From positions 1-64,000 of IMG/VR virus record IMGVR_UViG_3300029711_000003: 64,000 bases of DNA; one strand, written 5' to 3'. The DNA comes from a virus. The position numbers and the translations under genes are program-made. Below the pieces are notes generated by a model that worked only from the letters and a program-made list of their open reading frames with translations, had not been told where the DNA came from and did not search any database. This document shows, piece after piece, positions 26,330 through 36,703 of the stretch; within the stretch, counting starts at the first letter, position 1, and each line of letters starts with the position of its first letter.

Positions 26330-27169
26330 ATGGAAAGTAACAATAAAAACCGAAAGAGCATCATTACCGATAAACCAATTGCCTATCAAACACCTGCTGC
26401 TCCGATTGACCCAAGAGTAGGATGGATGGTGGATGATTTTGAAAGGCTCATTCAATCGCAAGGGTACGATGCTTACATAGATAGAGCGATGAGATGCCCT
26501 TGCGTAGATAAGGCAACTGGCCAGGCACTTTCCACTTGTAAAAATTGTTTGGGACGTGGCTGGTTTTTTGTTGATAGAACTGAAACACGTATCATTGCTC
26601 AACATATGGATAGCAAGAAACGCTATCTTGATTGGGGTGAGGTTAATCGTGGTACGGCTTCAATTACCACTAAGGGCATTGATAAGGTTGGGTTCATGGA
26701 CAGAATTATCTTGTTACAATTACAAGAATTTTATTCGGAGATTTTAAGACCTGAATTGTATGAAGGTGAACTTTTAGCCTATCCAGTGTATGAGCCTTTG
26801 GAAATAAGCAATATGTTTTTGTTCCTTGGTGATTACACTAAGTTGGAGCCTATTCCGAGCGAAATGTATGTTGTGGATAAAAACAAGATAGTATTTGACC
26901 AAAGTCTTTTGAGTATTTTGCCAGTAGAGGATGTTAATCAGAAAACTCCTAATATGAGCGTTTCTGTAAGATATTCTCACTATCCTGTTTATCACGTCAT
27001 AGACGTCAACCGAGAGCTGATGAAAGTTCGGGAAAGTAAGTTATGTTCTTTCGATGATTCAGAGCTCAGGCAAATGCCTATAAATGTGTTAGCAAGAAAA
27101 GCTCACTACATATTCGATGCTCAGAAATTCGGAGAAGAAAGTTTTGAAAATACCGTAATGCCTGAATAA
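26330..27169 (+). CDS. putative neck/virion protein with Cys4 knuckle
   Basis: 279 aa. CPCVDK...CKNCLGRG is zinc-ribbon-like. Confidence 0.4.
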   Translation: MESNNKNRKSIITDKPIAYQTPAAPIDPRVGWMVDDFERLIQSQGYDAYIDRAMRCPCVDKATGQALSTCKNCLGRGWFFVDRTETRIIAQHMDSKKRYLDWGEVNRGTASITTKGIDKVGFMDRIILLQLQEFYSEILRPELYEGELLAYPVYEPLEISNMFLFLGDYTKLEPIPSEMYVVDKNKIVFDQSLLSILPVEDVNQKTPNMSVSVRYSHYPVYHVIDVNRELMKVRESKLCSFDDSELRQMPINVLARKAHYIFDAQKFGEESFENTVMPE

Positions 27170-27170
27170 T

Positions 27171-27977
27171 ATGCCTCAGCCAATAACAATAGACCTAAGC
27201 GGACTTCAATCTCAATTCGGTTTGTCAAACCAAGAGATTGATATGCTTACAGAAACTTGCGTAAATGCAGTTACTGCGGTAGTATATGCTAATTGGCAGG
27301 CACTTGCTAAGCAAAGGTTGAATTCAACTGTACCTGAATACCTGCAAAATATCATTAAGGTTGATAAAGGTAGATTTGCTAAGCAAATAGTGTTGACTGG
27401 TATCTTGCCTAATATGATTGAGCAAGGTGCCTCAGCTTTCGACATGAAAGAAGGCTTTAAGAAGTCAAGCAAGGTACGGTACACTATCCCAGTTTACAAC
27501 GCAAAAGGCAAACAAGTTCGTAAGGGTGGAGATTGGTATTTGACCATTCCGTTTAGACATGGAACGCCTGGCATTGTAGGGCAAGCAGGTTTTGCTAACG
27601 AAATGCCTCAAGAGATATATGATATCATGAGGAAACGTCAATCGGGCAGACCGCTAACTGCTCAGGAAATTCCTTCGCCATACGATGTTCCAAGGTCAAG
27701 AGCTGCTATTGAAGAAACTCCTAACAATCCGAGATATGATGAGTATGTTCACAAAAGTTCTATATATGAAGGCTTGACGAAGATAACTGGTCAATATGGA
27801 AAGACTACTCAAAATATGTATTATGCGTTTAGACGTGCGGGAGCTAACTCAGACCCATTGAGTTGGATACACCGTGGAATTAAGGCTTACCAGTTAGCTG
27901 ATGAAGCGGTTAATATGACTGACGTTGAAACTATTGTAGAAAATGAAGTAACAACTTATTTAGAAGGTGTATTATGA
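27171..27977 (+). CDS. putative neck/tail-completion protein
   Basis: 268 aa. By synteny only. Confidence 0.4.
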   Translation: MPQPITIDLSGLQSQFGLSNQEIDMLTETCVNAVTAVVYANWQALAKQRLNSTVPEYLQNIIKVDKGRFAKQIVLTGILPNMIEQGASAFDMKEGFKKSSKVRYTIPVYNAKGKQVRKGGDWYLTIPFRHGTPGIVGQAGFANEMPQEIYDIMRKRQSGRPLTAQEIPSPYDVPRSRAAIEETPNNPRYDEYVHKSSIYEGLTKITGQYGKTTQNMYYAFRRAGANSDPLSWIHRGIKAYQLADEAVNMTDVETIVENEVTTYLEGVL

Positions 27978-28672
27978 GTGGAATACTTTTACCCGAAATT
28001 GTAATTTACAATACTTTGCAGAGTATCGTAAAATTGTTGCGTGACGATTTGAAAGAACACGCAGGTGATGACAAGGAAACTATTTTGTACAAGATATTGG
28101 GAGTTGATGAAGAGGGGAAACCTATCAAAATGAATTTGTACAATTATTTTGTACAAGCTAAGAAAATGATATTGACGCCCAAAAATCTTTCCGTAAACTT
28201 CGGATATAATCAAGAGGTTGCTAAGATTATTTCAATGCACATTCTCTTACCTGCCGAACAGGGTGAATCAACCATAGGTGAGGATGAGGGATATATGAGC
28301 GAGAATATCTTGGACGAAGAAGGTAACAAAATAGGAGAACAACAATGTTTTACTCAGATTTATGATTGTACGTATCAAATCATGATTACAAGCAATAATT
28401 CTTCTGAAGTAAACGTAGTGTATAATATACTGAAAAGCATGCTTCTGATGCTTGTACCGCATTTGGAGTTGATGGGTATTCACATTCCTAAATTATCGGG
28501 GAACGATATAGTAATGCAAGATGACCTTGCTCCAGTGCCATTATTCCATAAGGTCATAAATCTTTCTTTCAAGTACGAACATACAGTTCCACAACTTGTA
28601 AAAAATGAAGTTGCAAAGAAGTTTTATTTTTGTATGAGAGCAATTGATTACAATGACAGCACAATTCAGTAG
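27974..28672 (+). CDS. putative neck/tail-completion protein
   Basis: 232 aa. ATGA overlap. By synteny only. Confidence 0.4.
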   Translation: MSGILLPEIVIYNTLQSIVKLLRDDLKEHAGDDKETILYKILGVDEEGKPIKMNLYNYFVQAKKMILTPKNLSVNFGYNQEVAKIISMHILLPAEQGESTIGEDEGYMSENILDEEGNKIGEQQCFTQIYDCTYQIMITSNNSSEVNVVYNILKSMLLMLVPHLELMGIHIPKLSGNDIVMQDDLAPVPLFHKVINLSFKYEHTVPQLVKNEVAKKFYFCMRAIDYNDSTIQ

Positions 28673-28724
28673 CAAGTATAATTAAGAAGATTTCAAATAT
28701 ATTTTAACAAATAAAGTAGATAAT

Positions 28725-30344
28725 ATGGCAACAGTAGTCAATTTTCACGGAAAGAACTACATTGAACCAGGTTCATATGCTGCTACAGTTTACAATCCTA
28801 CTTCGGTAGTCAACGTTGCTGAATTTGGCAACGTCATGATTATTGATACTGGATTGTCTATGAACGGCTCATATGAATTTGCTGGCGGTTCGGGTGTTCA
28901 TGGCGAGCTTGCTCAAGGGCTGAAATCAGTTTATGAGTTTGAGAACTATGAAGACTTTCTGTCATTCATGGGCGGTGGTTTTGTTGGCGATTTAGCCGAG
29001 AAAATTTTTACTCCGCTTACAGGTTCGGCTGGTGCTCCTAAACTGTATTATGCACGAGCAGCGACAACAAAGTGTGCAACTCTTACTCTTACTATTTCAA
29101 GCGGTAATACTTTGATATTGAAATGTAAGAATGAAGGTATTGCCGGCAATGGAGTTAAGGTAGGAGAAGTTTTGAAAGTAGGTTATGGAGCACAGATTGT
29201 AGCAGGAGATACTGCCGATACATTCAAACTCCAAGTTTATCGTGGCTCATATATGGGTACTGATGATGCAGGTGAATCATATGGAGCTTACTCTTTGGAT
29301 GATGCTCAGCCAAACCTTATTGCCGAGTCAGATGATTTTACAACTCTTCAAGAGCTTTATGATTGGGCGTCATCTAACCGATACATGCTTGCTAACTTTG
29401 TTGTAAGTATGGAGGGTAGCGGAGAAACCGAGCTTGTTGCTGTCGAAATGGCATTAGCAACTGGAGGTACAACTCAGTATTTGAGCGGTACGGAGTATGA
29501 CGACATCTTGGAAGCTATTGATGAGCTTGATGTTACTTTCTTCTTGTGCACTAACTTGAACGCCGCCAGCGGTAGGGGTGTTGATGCAGCAACAAACGGT
29601 AAACTATTTACATTCTTGAAACAGGATGCTAAGTTCACCGAGTTTATGGTTGTTCCAGGTGGTCAGGATGATACCGATTTACTTGGTGAAGCAAACAGTT
29701 CTCAGGCAATTGCTAAGTATTTCAACAGTGGTCAGGTAGTAGTCGTTCACGGTTCACCTATCGTTGACCGCAAGGACGGTAATGGTACGAAACAGTTGCC
29801 CACGATTTACCTTGCCGCTGATATTATAGGATTAAATGCTGGTATGGCGGCTCAAACTCCTTTGACGTTCAAGCGAGTTGGTTATCAATCATTCGCTTAT
29901 GACCTCAAAAAGCGAGAAAGAGAGAAGGCACTGCAGGCAGGTATCTTACATGTACGCAACGTATCGGGGTATTGGTGCGTAAACCAAGGTGTTACGACTT
30001 TGCAGGCTAACAAGAAAACTATTGCTGATGATGGTCAGTCGTTTGAGTTGTCTGTTGAGTTAATCAAGGCTCAGCTGAACAAAGAGCTTATTTTGGAAGG
30101 TCAAACGAGATTCACTGGTCAGACCGCTGCACAGGCTTCACCTGAAGCAGTGAAGAACTTCACCGAAACCAAACTTGACTCTTTGGTTGCTTCTACGGGT
30201 AATGATAACCTGCTTATCAGTTGGCAGAATGTCAAAGTATCTGCTAAAAATGGCGATTATTTCATCACCTACGATTTTGTTCCAAATGTACCTGTGAACA
30301 AGACGTTCTTTGTTGGTAACATTTTAGATTTCACTTTTAATTGA
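28725..30344 (+). CDS. tail sheath protein
   Basis: 539 aa. Lies upstream of the tube, chaperone and tape measure genes. Has the N-terminal IEPGSYA and C-terminal GILHVRNVSGYWCVNQGVTTL patterns typical of sheath proteins. Confidence 0.6.
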   Translation: MATVVNFHGKNYIEPGSYAATVYNPTSVVNVAEFGNVMIIDTGLSMNGSYEFAGGSGVHGELAQGLKSVYEFENYEDFLSFMGGGFVGDLAEKIFTPLTGSAGAPKLYYARAATTKCATLTLTISSGNTLILKCKNEGIAGNGVKVGEVLKVGYGAQIVAGDTADTFKLQVYRGSYMGTDDAGESYGAYSLDDAQPNLIAESDDFTTLQELYDWASSNRYMLANFVVSMEGSGETELVAVEMALATGGTTQYLSGTEYDDILEAIDELDVTFFLCTNLNAASGRGVDAATNGKLFTFLKQDAKFTEFMVVPGGQDDTDLLGEANSSQAIAKYFNSGQVVVVHGSPIVDRKDGNGTKQLPTIYLAADIIGLNAGMAAQTPLTFKRVGYQSFAYDLKKREREKALQAGILHVRNVSGYWCVNQGVTTLQANKKTIADDGQSFELSVELIKAQLNKELILEGQTRFTGQTAAQASPEAVKNFTETKLDSLVASTGNDNLLISWQNVKVSAKNGDYFITYDFVPNVPVNKTFFVGNILDFTFN

Positions 30345-30353
30345 TGAAGACTT

Positions 30354-30851
30354 ATGGAAACAAGAGTAATGACGGCTCCATTAGCTATTATTCAAATAAA
30401 TAGTGTAACGGTGGGTAAGATGAAGAATGTCCGTGTTACGGAGCAAATTCGTAGAGGTCGTGTGACTGGTTTGGGCACTCTTACTCCTTCTGAACTTCCA
30501 GCTTTGGAATGGTCAGGAAGTTTGACTTGTTCATCATACACTATCAATTTCAATCTTTTAGCTAATGTAGCGAAGAAAGGAACATTCCGCAACGCCAACT
30601 CATTAGAGGAATGGGCAAATGCTATTTTGCTTCAGGAAGATGGTTTGGAAATTTCTATCCTACGAAAAGTTAAGGATGGACAGATTGACACAGAAACTGG
30701 TTTGGTAAACGCCAAGTATGAAACCTTTGCAAAGGTCGCAGGAGCTTTCGCCACCAGAGAAGGATTTGACATACAAGAAGGACAAATTTCAGGTAGAGAT
30801 ACTGAATTTGAATATCTGCGTCCTATTCTGTTCAATAGCACTCAGGCTTGA
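30354..30851 (+). CDS. tail tube protein
   Basis: 165 aa. Immediately after the sheath gene and followed by a terminator. Confidence 0.55.
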   Translation: METRVMTAPLAIIQINSVTVGKMKNVRVTEQIRRGRVTGLGTLTPSELPALEWSGSLTCSSYTINFNLLANVAKKGTFRNANSLEEWANAILLQEDGLEISILRKVKDGQIDTETGLVNAKYETFAKVAGAFATREGFDIQEGQISGRDTEFEYLRPILFNSTQA

Positions 30852-30871
30852 TAAGACAGTTTGTCAAATCA

Positions 30872-30880
30872 CAGTTATAG
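30872..30880 (+). promoter_or_regulatory. conserved CAGTTATAG element (candidate phage promoter core)
   Basis: Intergenic, 70 nt upstream of the ATG at 30942. Confidence 0.3.
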
Positions 30881-30883
30881 TTA

Positions 30884-30920
30884 AAGCACTACTTTCTTAT
30901 TGGAAGTGGTGCTTTATTGT
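30884..30920 (+). terminator. rho-independent terminator / attenuator
   Basis: AAGCACTACTT / AAGTGGTGCTT stem (one G-T pair), 9-nt loop, TTTATTG tail. Confidence 0.55.
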
Positions 30921-30941
30921 TAATTAAAAATTGTGAAAATT

Positions 30942-31322
30942 ATGATTGAAAGAGAAATTACCATTTCTTACAACGGCAAGAAATTTCAAGTTAAATTTCC
31001 TAATGTTGGACAACTGATTGACATTGAGTCGTTGAAAAACGCTTTAACTGGAGGCAAGTACGGTTCATTTGCAGCATCTGGCGTAAAGTCTATGTACTTT
31101 ATATTAGATATTGTAGATACAATTGCCTTCCTGACTGTAATGTGCCCAAAGTTGAAAAATTTCATAACCGAAGAAGAAGATGGCATTGATTATACTCAGA
31201 TGAAGCCTGAAACGGTTAAGGCTTTGGTGAATGTTTACAAAGAGCAGATTTTGCCTTGGTATTCAAAGATTATGGGACAACTTTATTCATCTGCTACTAA
31301 TGATACAACAGAACAAGAATAA
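30942..31322 (+). CDS. tail assembly chaperone (gpE/gpG position)
   Basis: Positioned between the tube and tape measure genes. I prefer the ATG at 30942; the track start at 30933 is GTG. Confidence 0.45.
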   Translation: MIEREITISYNGKKFQVKFPNVGQLIDIESLKNALTGGKYGSFAASGVKSMYFILDIVDTIAFLTVMCPKLKNFITEEEDGIDYTQMKPETVKALVNVYKEQILPWYSKIMGQLYSSATNDTTEQE

Positions 31323-31617
31323 TAATGACCTGAAAAAGAGTGTTGACGATTTTATCAATCGTTGGCACTCAGGTTTTATTCTTGACTATTGGTGGAGAAG
31401 AAAACATAATGTTGCTTTTGGTTCACCTGAACATAGACGAATGAATTTCATTGACATGTATATAGAATATCGTGAAGATGAAAAGATAAGACGTTTACAC
31501 GAACAGGAGTATCAAATTGATGATGTCAGCGGTGTTAAAGTTTCACAAAAAGAGATTGATGAAGATTATGAAAATTTGGACTTAAAAGAATTTGATAATG
31601 CCAAACGTAACGATTGA
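31300..31617 (+). CDS. second tail chaperone-position ORF (+1 frame relative to upstream gene)
   Basis: Open from 31231. An in-frame ATG at 31300 gives a 23-nt overlap with the upstream gene. Overlaps the tape measure start. Confidence 0.4.
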   Translation: MIQQNKNNNDLKKSVDDFINRWHSGFILDYWWRRKHNVAFGSPEHRRMNFIDMYIEYREDEKIRRLHEQEYQIDDVSGVKVSQKEIDEDYENLDLKEFDNAKRND

Positions 31618-33640
31618 TATAACAGGAAGAAACACTGGAGGTGCTCAGCCGACAACTCCTGACAACGGTCGTACAACCACGTCAGGTGCTGATAGTCGTA
31701 CTTCTACTGGTAGTCAGGATAATCGTCAAAGCCCGATATTTGACCCCAACGCAAGACTTATGGACGACTTGCGTAGGATGTTAATAGAACAAGCCAGTAC
31801 CTATCAAAAACCAAGTGATAGGTACACCCCTATTATATCTCAAATAGAACAAGCGCAACGTCAGCAGATAGCTAACCAGTACGAAGAAAGACGACAACAG
31901 GCTCAACAGCGAATGACTCAACGCTATTCTGATATTGATAGAGATATTGACGCAAGTATTGACCAAGAAATTTCTACAATTGATGATGACGATGAAGTAA
32001 ATAGAGTTATTGACCGTTGGGAAGGAGAGAGAAACAAACGCTATGAAACCGCTGGTAGGCAGTATGATGACGATATTGCTGCCATTGAAGAAGAGCAAAC
32101 TCAAAAAGAAGAAGAACTAAGCAGAACTATCGAAGAACTCACTGAAGAAATTCGTAGAAGTGGGGGAAATTTGAATCCCAATTCCTTTTTGAGTCAACTT
32201 CGGGAACAACGTCAACAAGCTATCATTGACAGAGATACTGCTGAAGATGAGGAAACTGCCAGACAGGCAGCTGCAAGAGTTCGTGAGCTTGACCAACAAA
32301 TAAGGGATATTGAAAGAGGTGATTCCAGTAGTAACGAGGATGAAGAAAAGAAAACCGATTGGGGTTTGAGGACAATACAAACCATGATGGGTTTTGACCA
32401 ACTTGCCCGTGGCATAGCTGGCCGTGATTTAGGTTCCATCATTATGGGAGGTGCTCAAACCGTTACTTCTATGCTTGGCATGAGTGATAGAGGTGCCGCA
32501 CGTTCACTTGCTTGGGTTAAGCCTCTTGCTACTATTGGTACATTACTTACTCAGGAAGCTCAAAAATCTGACCAAATGGCAGTACTTGCTGCATTGGTTC
32601 AGAATGACCCTAACTTCGGTGGAGGTTCAATCGAAGCTACAAGAGAGGAAATGTACAGACGTCTTTGGGATTATTCTCCTAATTACGATTTAGCTGGAAT
32701 AAACTCTATGGGTTTATCTTCTCCTGAATTTGCTCAATTTGCTTCAAGAAGAATAAGACAGCGTGGAATTGCATCAGATGGTATATCAGAAGCATATTAC
32801 CAAGAAGCATTGGAAAGGGTTTTTTCTCTTGACCAAGGAGCTTTGGGTGCTGCAGGAAGATATGACCGTTATGGAACTAATGCTACAGATGCTATCAGCA
32901 ACCTTGTAGAACGTCTTTCAAGAATACAAAACAGCGGAGTATCTCAAGGTAACTATGTCCGAGTTCAGGAATATCTGAATATGCAACAAGGAGTTATGCA
33001 ACAACTCATGCGTTTTCAGGATAGACCTAATATTGGCATAGCTAACAAAGAAATAGAGGCATTTGCTCAGCTGCAAAACTACACGGTGGATAGTAGGACT
33101 GGAAGTGACATTGCGGCTGTGCGCAACACCATTACCAATCCTCAGAATGACCGTATGAGAGCGTTGCTGTATGGTACGGTAGAAGAACTGCTGCCTGAAA
33201 CTGCTGGACGTTCAGACCTGATAGACCGAGCAATCAATGACCCTGCTAAACAAGGTGAGATTATCCGAGCTTATATGCAGAAGATACAAAATATGTATGG
33301 AGGCACGGATACACCCATGGGATATTGGGCAGGTAAAGCATTGCTTTCAAGCATAGAAAGTCCTGAACGTAGGGATGCTATTCTAAGGGGTATCACGAGC
33401 GGTAGAGCTGGACAAACTCTTGCTAATGGAGAGGTAATAAATACTTACAATACTCCAGTCAGAGATACCTATGCTAAGCAAGTTGAGGGATATGCTTCTG
33501 AATTGACGTCAACGCTTATAAAAGCATCTGATGGAATATACGCTGGTGTTAACATTATTGAAAATATTGCTAAGGATGTAAGGGATTTAGTCACTGGTAC
33601 TAAGTCACTTGCTGATATAGTTCAACAAAGAGTTTATTAA
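31598..33640 (+). CDS. tape measure protein
   Basis: ~680 aa. Gln/Arg/Glu-rich helical first half. Position is after the chaperones. ATG at 31598; the track start at 31592 is TTG. Confidence 0.6.
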   Translation: MPNVTIDITGRNTGGAQPTTPDNGRTTTSGADSRTSTGSQDNRQSPIFDPNARLMDDLRRMLIEQASTYQKPSDRYTPIISQIEQAQRQQIANQYEERRQQAQQRMTQRYSDIDRDIDASIDQEISTIDDDDEVNRVIDRWEGERNKRYETAGRQYDDDIAAIEEEQTQKEEELSRTIEELTEEIRRSGGNLNPNSFLSQLREQRQQAIIDRDTAEDEETARQAAARVRELDQQIRDIERGDSSSNEDEEKKTDWGLRTIQTMMGFDQLARGIAGRDLGSIIMGGAQTVTSMLGMSDRGAARSLAWVKPLATIGTLLTQEAQKSDQMAVLAALVQNDPNFGGGSIEATREEMYRRLWDYSPNYDLAGINSMGLSSPEFAQFASRRIRQRGIASDGISEAYYQEALERVFSLDQGALGAAGRYDRYGTNATDAISNLVERLSRIQNSGVSQGNYVRVQEYLNMQQGVMQQLMRFQDRPNIGIANKEIEAFAQLQNYTVDSRTGSDIAAVRNTITNPQNDRMRALLYGTVEELLPETAGRSDLIDRAINDPAKQGEIIRAYMQKIQNMYGGTDTPMGYWAGKALLSSIESPERRDAILRGITSGRAGQTLANGEVINTYNTPVRDTYAKQVEGYASELTSTLIKASDGIYAGVNIIENIAKDVRDLVTGTKSLADIVQQRVY

Positions 33641-33641
33641 C

Positions 33642-35138
33642 ATGGAATATCTAACTTTATATCATCATGACTCTTCTGTTAAAACATTAGCAGAATATAT
33701 GGAGGCAGAGCATATCCCAACCAGTGTCATTTCCGTTGATGAGCTGTTTGATTATAATAGGGATATGATTTTCAATCAGATGTCTTTGAACGAGAAAGCT
33801 GAATATGCTAAGCAGAAAGGTAAGGATTCAATTACATCTAATGACCTTACAAGCGATATGACTTTGCCTTGTCCTTGTACTCTTAAAATTCAGGCTAAGA
33901 ACGTAACTTATGAGCTTGCTATTTCTCAAACAAATTTTGAAGCTCAAACCGATAACATCTATGCTTTTGAAAATCAGCAGATACAAAACATACTTCAAAA
34001 CGAAGGATACAATATTGACCGTAGTACGAAGAAACTCAATCCAGAGTGTTCGGTTTGGGGTTGGTTCAAGTCCTTATATTATGTTGGCGCATTAGACAAT
34101 ATGAACGCTTTGGGCACTATTCGTAGTAATACCAATAAATTTGTAGATATATCGGACTTTATTGTAAATATGACTACAAATGTTTCATTGTCGGGTGGTT
34201 CTTTTTCTATTACATTGCCTATTATAAATTCCATTCAGCAATTGTTAAAGATAGAGCCTTATTCTGATACCAATAACTCATTGATGAAGATTTTCACATA
34301 TACGGATAGACGTGCTGAGCAAATAGACCTATACCAATATGGTAAACAATTCTTTCATAAAGGCGGTATTGTTGCCATGGAACATAATTACTTCAATTGG
34401 CTTATTCAGTCTAATGACCTTTTGTTCATTTCTTTTGAAAAATTAGAGCTTGAGAAGTCATTGGGTAGTAATGTCTTTGATATGATAGGTTTGGTTGATA
34501 ACGTCAGTGTTTATCAAGATGCTAATGGTAATGGTAATGTAACTGTAAGCGGACGGGATTTGATGAAGCTGTTAACAGATGATAGCTCATTATTTTTCAA
34601 TACTTCTACTGTTTGGGGAGAAAGTCAGATTTTTGCTAATACTGAGAGTATGGGTAAGCAAGGTGATATTCGCAATGCTGATATGAGCGGAAATAAATAT
34701 AACACTCCTATAAACAGACTTCGCAGATTGACAAACGAAATAGACGTTTTTGCTACTCCATTCAATCGTTCACTGGACTTCATTATGAAGGGTGTTATTT
34801 CTCAGCTTGCTAATATAGAGGTGGTTCCTGATTATGTGTTTGAAGATTGGGGAGATAGGCGAACAAGATTTTCTGAACTTTATCCTGACGTTTCTTCTAA
34901 TACTCAAGGAACGGCAAACGGAGCAAGTTCGGGTAGTGGACAATCAGATAGTAGTTCATCTGATGAAGTTCCTAATAACGATGCTTTCAGAACTAATATG
35001 CCTAATGTAAATGAGGATAAGTATGAGCCAATAACTGGCGGTGATAATGGAGCAAGAAATTCAGACACTCCGTCAGTTCCGAGATTGAACGAAGGAATGA
35101 CGTATTTGGGTGATGGTATGTATGTTAAAATAAAGTAA
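33642..35138 (+). CDS. putative distal tail / baseplate hub protein
   Basis: 498 aa. By synteny only. Confidence 0.4.
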   Translation: MEYLTLYHHDSSVKTLAEYMEAEHIPTSVISVDELFDYNRDMIFNQMSLNEKAEYAKQKGKDSITSNDLTSDMTLPCPCTLKIQAKNVTYELAISQTNFEAQTDNIYAFENQQIQNILQNEGYNIDRSTKKLNPECSVWGWFKSLYYVGALDNMNALGTIRSNTNKFVDISDFIVNMTTNVSLSGGSFSITLPIINSIQQLLKIEPYSDTNNSLMKIFTYTDRRAEQIDLYQYGKQFFHKGGIVAMEHNYFNWLIQSNDLLFISFEKLELEKSLGSNVFDMIGLVDNVSVYQDANGNGNVTVSGRDLMKLLTDDSSLFFNTSTVWGESQIFANTESMGKQGDIRNADMSGNKYNTPINRLRRLTNEIDVFATPFNRSLDFIMKGVISQLANIEVVPDYVFEDWGDRRTRFSELYPDVSSNTQGTANGASSGSGQSDSSSSDEVPNNDAFRTNMPNVNEDKYEPITGGDNGARNSDTPSVPRLNEGMTYLGDGMYVKIK

Positions 35139-35142
35139 TATT

Positions 35143-36702
35143 ATGATACCAATTTTCAAAAAAGGCTGGCTTGGGAATAAGACTTCTTTGACAATATCTT
35201 CTCCAATGGGTATGCGTAATGGCAGACGGCATAATGGAGTTGATATTGCTGTACCAGTAAATACTAAGATATTAGCTCCAACGGCTGGGCAAATTATACA
35301 GATAGCAACTCAAGCTAATGGAGCAGGACTTTACATGAAATTGAGATTCAGAGCTACGGCATCAATATATTATGATGTTATCTTTATGCACCTTCATCAA
35401 ACTGTCGCTTCAAGAGGACAAACTGTTGCTGAAGGTGATTTGTTAGCTTATAGCGGTGGCGCCCCAAGTGACACTCCAAGGTGCGGAAGAAGTACTGGAC
35501 CACATGTTCATCTTGAGATAAGAAAGGGTGGCGTGGCGGTCAATCCTTTGCCATTTCTTTCCGAGCGTTGCACTTGGAAAGGTAAGGTTTTGAATGAAGG
35601 CAGAAATACGGCAATGCTATCCGAGAATATTGATGATTCAGTATCTAATCACATGAACATTGATATTACAACTGATTCAGATGCTAATGCTATTGAACAA
35701 GACGTTGTTACTAAAACTACCACTAAGGTTGGAGCCGTAGGGGAAAGGTTGGCACCTGGTATATGGCAAATAACGAAGTTGCTTATGGATTCATCTGTTA
35801 GTCACAGACAGATATTTGATAGCAGCATAGCCTTACAAACTGGGCCATTGGGTAATTTTTTCAATAAAGTCTGTCAGCAACCTTTGGTAGAGCTTTCGGG
35901 AGATACGTTTGGTGACCAATATTATTTCATGGTTCGCAAGCCACCATTTGATAAGGAAGGAATGAATAAGATGCAAGACCTGACGTCATTCTTAATCGAA
36001 GAGCAAGAAATAATTTCTACAAACATAGGATGGACAAATACAGGCATCTACTCATGGTATCAACTCATACCTTACGCAGAGTATGGAGGATTGGACCAAA
36101 CCATGCTATACATGCCCGCAATCTTCTTTCCTGAATATGCCGCTATATGGGGAAGTAAAGATTTGACCGTTCAGAGTCAGTATGTGAATTTCTACATGAG
36201 TGGATATTGGAATCAAACAACGGATGAACAGAAAAAGAAGAACGGAGAAAACATAATCAAGAATGCTGTAAGAGATTTGAAATACCTTATTGAAAGCAAC
36301 GCATATATACCATTCACTCGCAGTGGTACAATAACTCTGAACGGAGATAGACGCATAAAGAGAGGAACGCTCATTATCATGCCTAACAATGAGCAATTCT
36401 ATGTGGATGCAGTTAGTAACAGTATTTCTTTCGGCGGTAGTTCAGTTGATCGCACTACGACTTTGAATGTTTCAAGAGGCATGTTCCAAGAATACATAGA
36501 CGGTAAAGAAGTCAACGGAGATTTGATGAGTTATTTCAACATCATTGATTTTGGAGAAGATTTTGATGTTAATAATATAACAGTTGAAAACTGGAAGAAA
36601 GTATTTTCATCTTGGAAAGTAAACATAAACGTATTTGCTTACTTTCTGAAAAGGTCACAAATACTTTCTACTTATGTAAACAAACTAACATCTGAAAAGT
36701 AG
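35143..36702 (+). CDS. tail-associated lysin with N-terminal M23 (LytM-type) peptidase domain
   Basis: RRHNGVDIAVPVNTKILAPTAGQI...FMHLHQ...GRSTGPHVHLEI matches HxxxD ... HLH ... GPHxHxE of M23 metallopeptidases. Confidence 0.75.
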   Translation: MIPIFKKGWLGNKTSLTISSPMGMRNGRRHNGVDIAVPVNTKILAPTAGQIIQIATQANGAGLYMKLRFRATASIYYDVIFMHLHQTVASRGQTVAEGDLLAYSGGAPSDTPRCGRSTGPHVHLEIRKGGVAVNPLPFLSERCTWKGKVLNEGRNTAMLSENIDDSVSNHMNIDITTDSDANAIEQDVVTKTTTKVGAVGERLAPGIWQITKLLMDSSVSHRQIFDSSIALQTGPLGNFFNKVCQQPLVELSGDTFGDQYYFMVRKPPFDKEGMNKMQDLTSFLIEEQEIISTNIGWTNTGIYSWYQLIPYAEYGGLDQTMLYMPAIFFPEYAAIWGSKDLTVQSQYVNFYMSGYWNQTTDEQKKKNGENIIKNAVRDLKYLIESNAYIPFTRSGTITLNGDRRIKRGTLIIMPNNEQFYVDAVSNSISFGGSSVDRTTTLNVSRGMFQEYIDGKEVNGDLMSYFNIIDFGEDFDVNNITVENWKKVFSSWKVNINVFAYFLKRSQILSTYVNKLTSEK

Positions 36703-36703
36703 T

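Noticed and set aside
30933-31617. A canonical -1 programmed frameshift for the tail chaperone pair.
   Set aside because: The downstream frame is +1, not -1, relative to the upstream gene, and no slippery heptamer is visible in the overlap.
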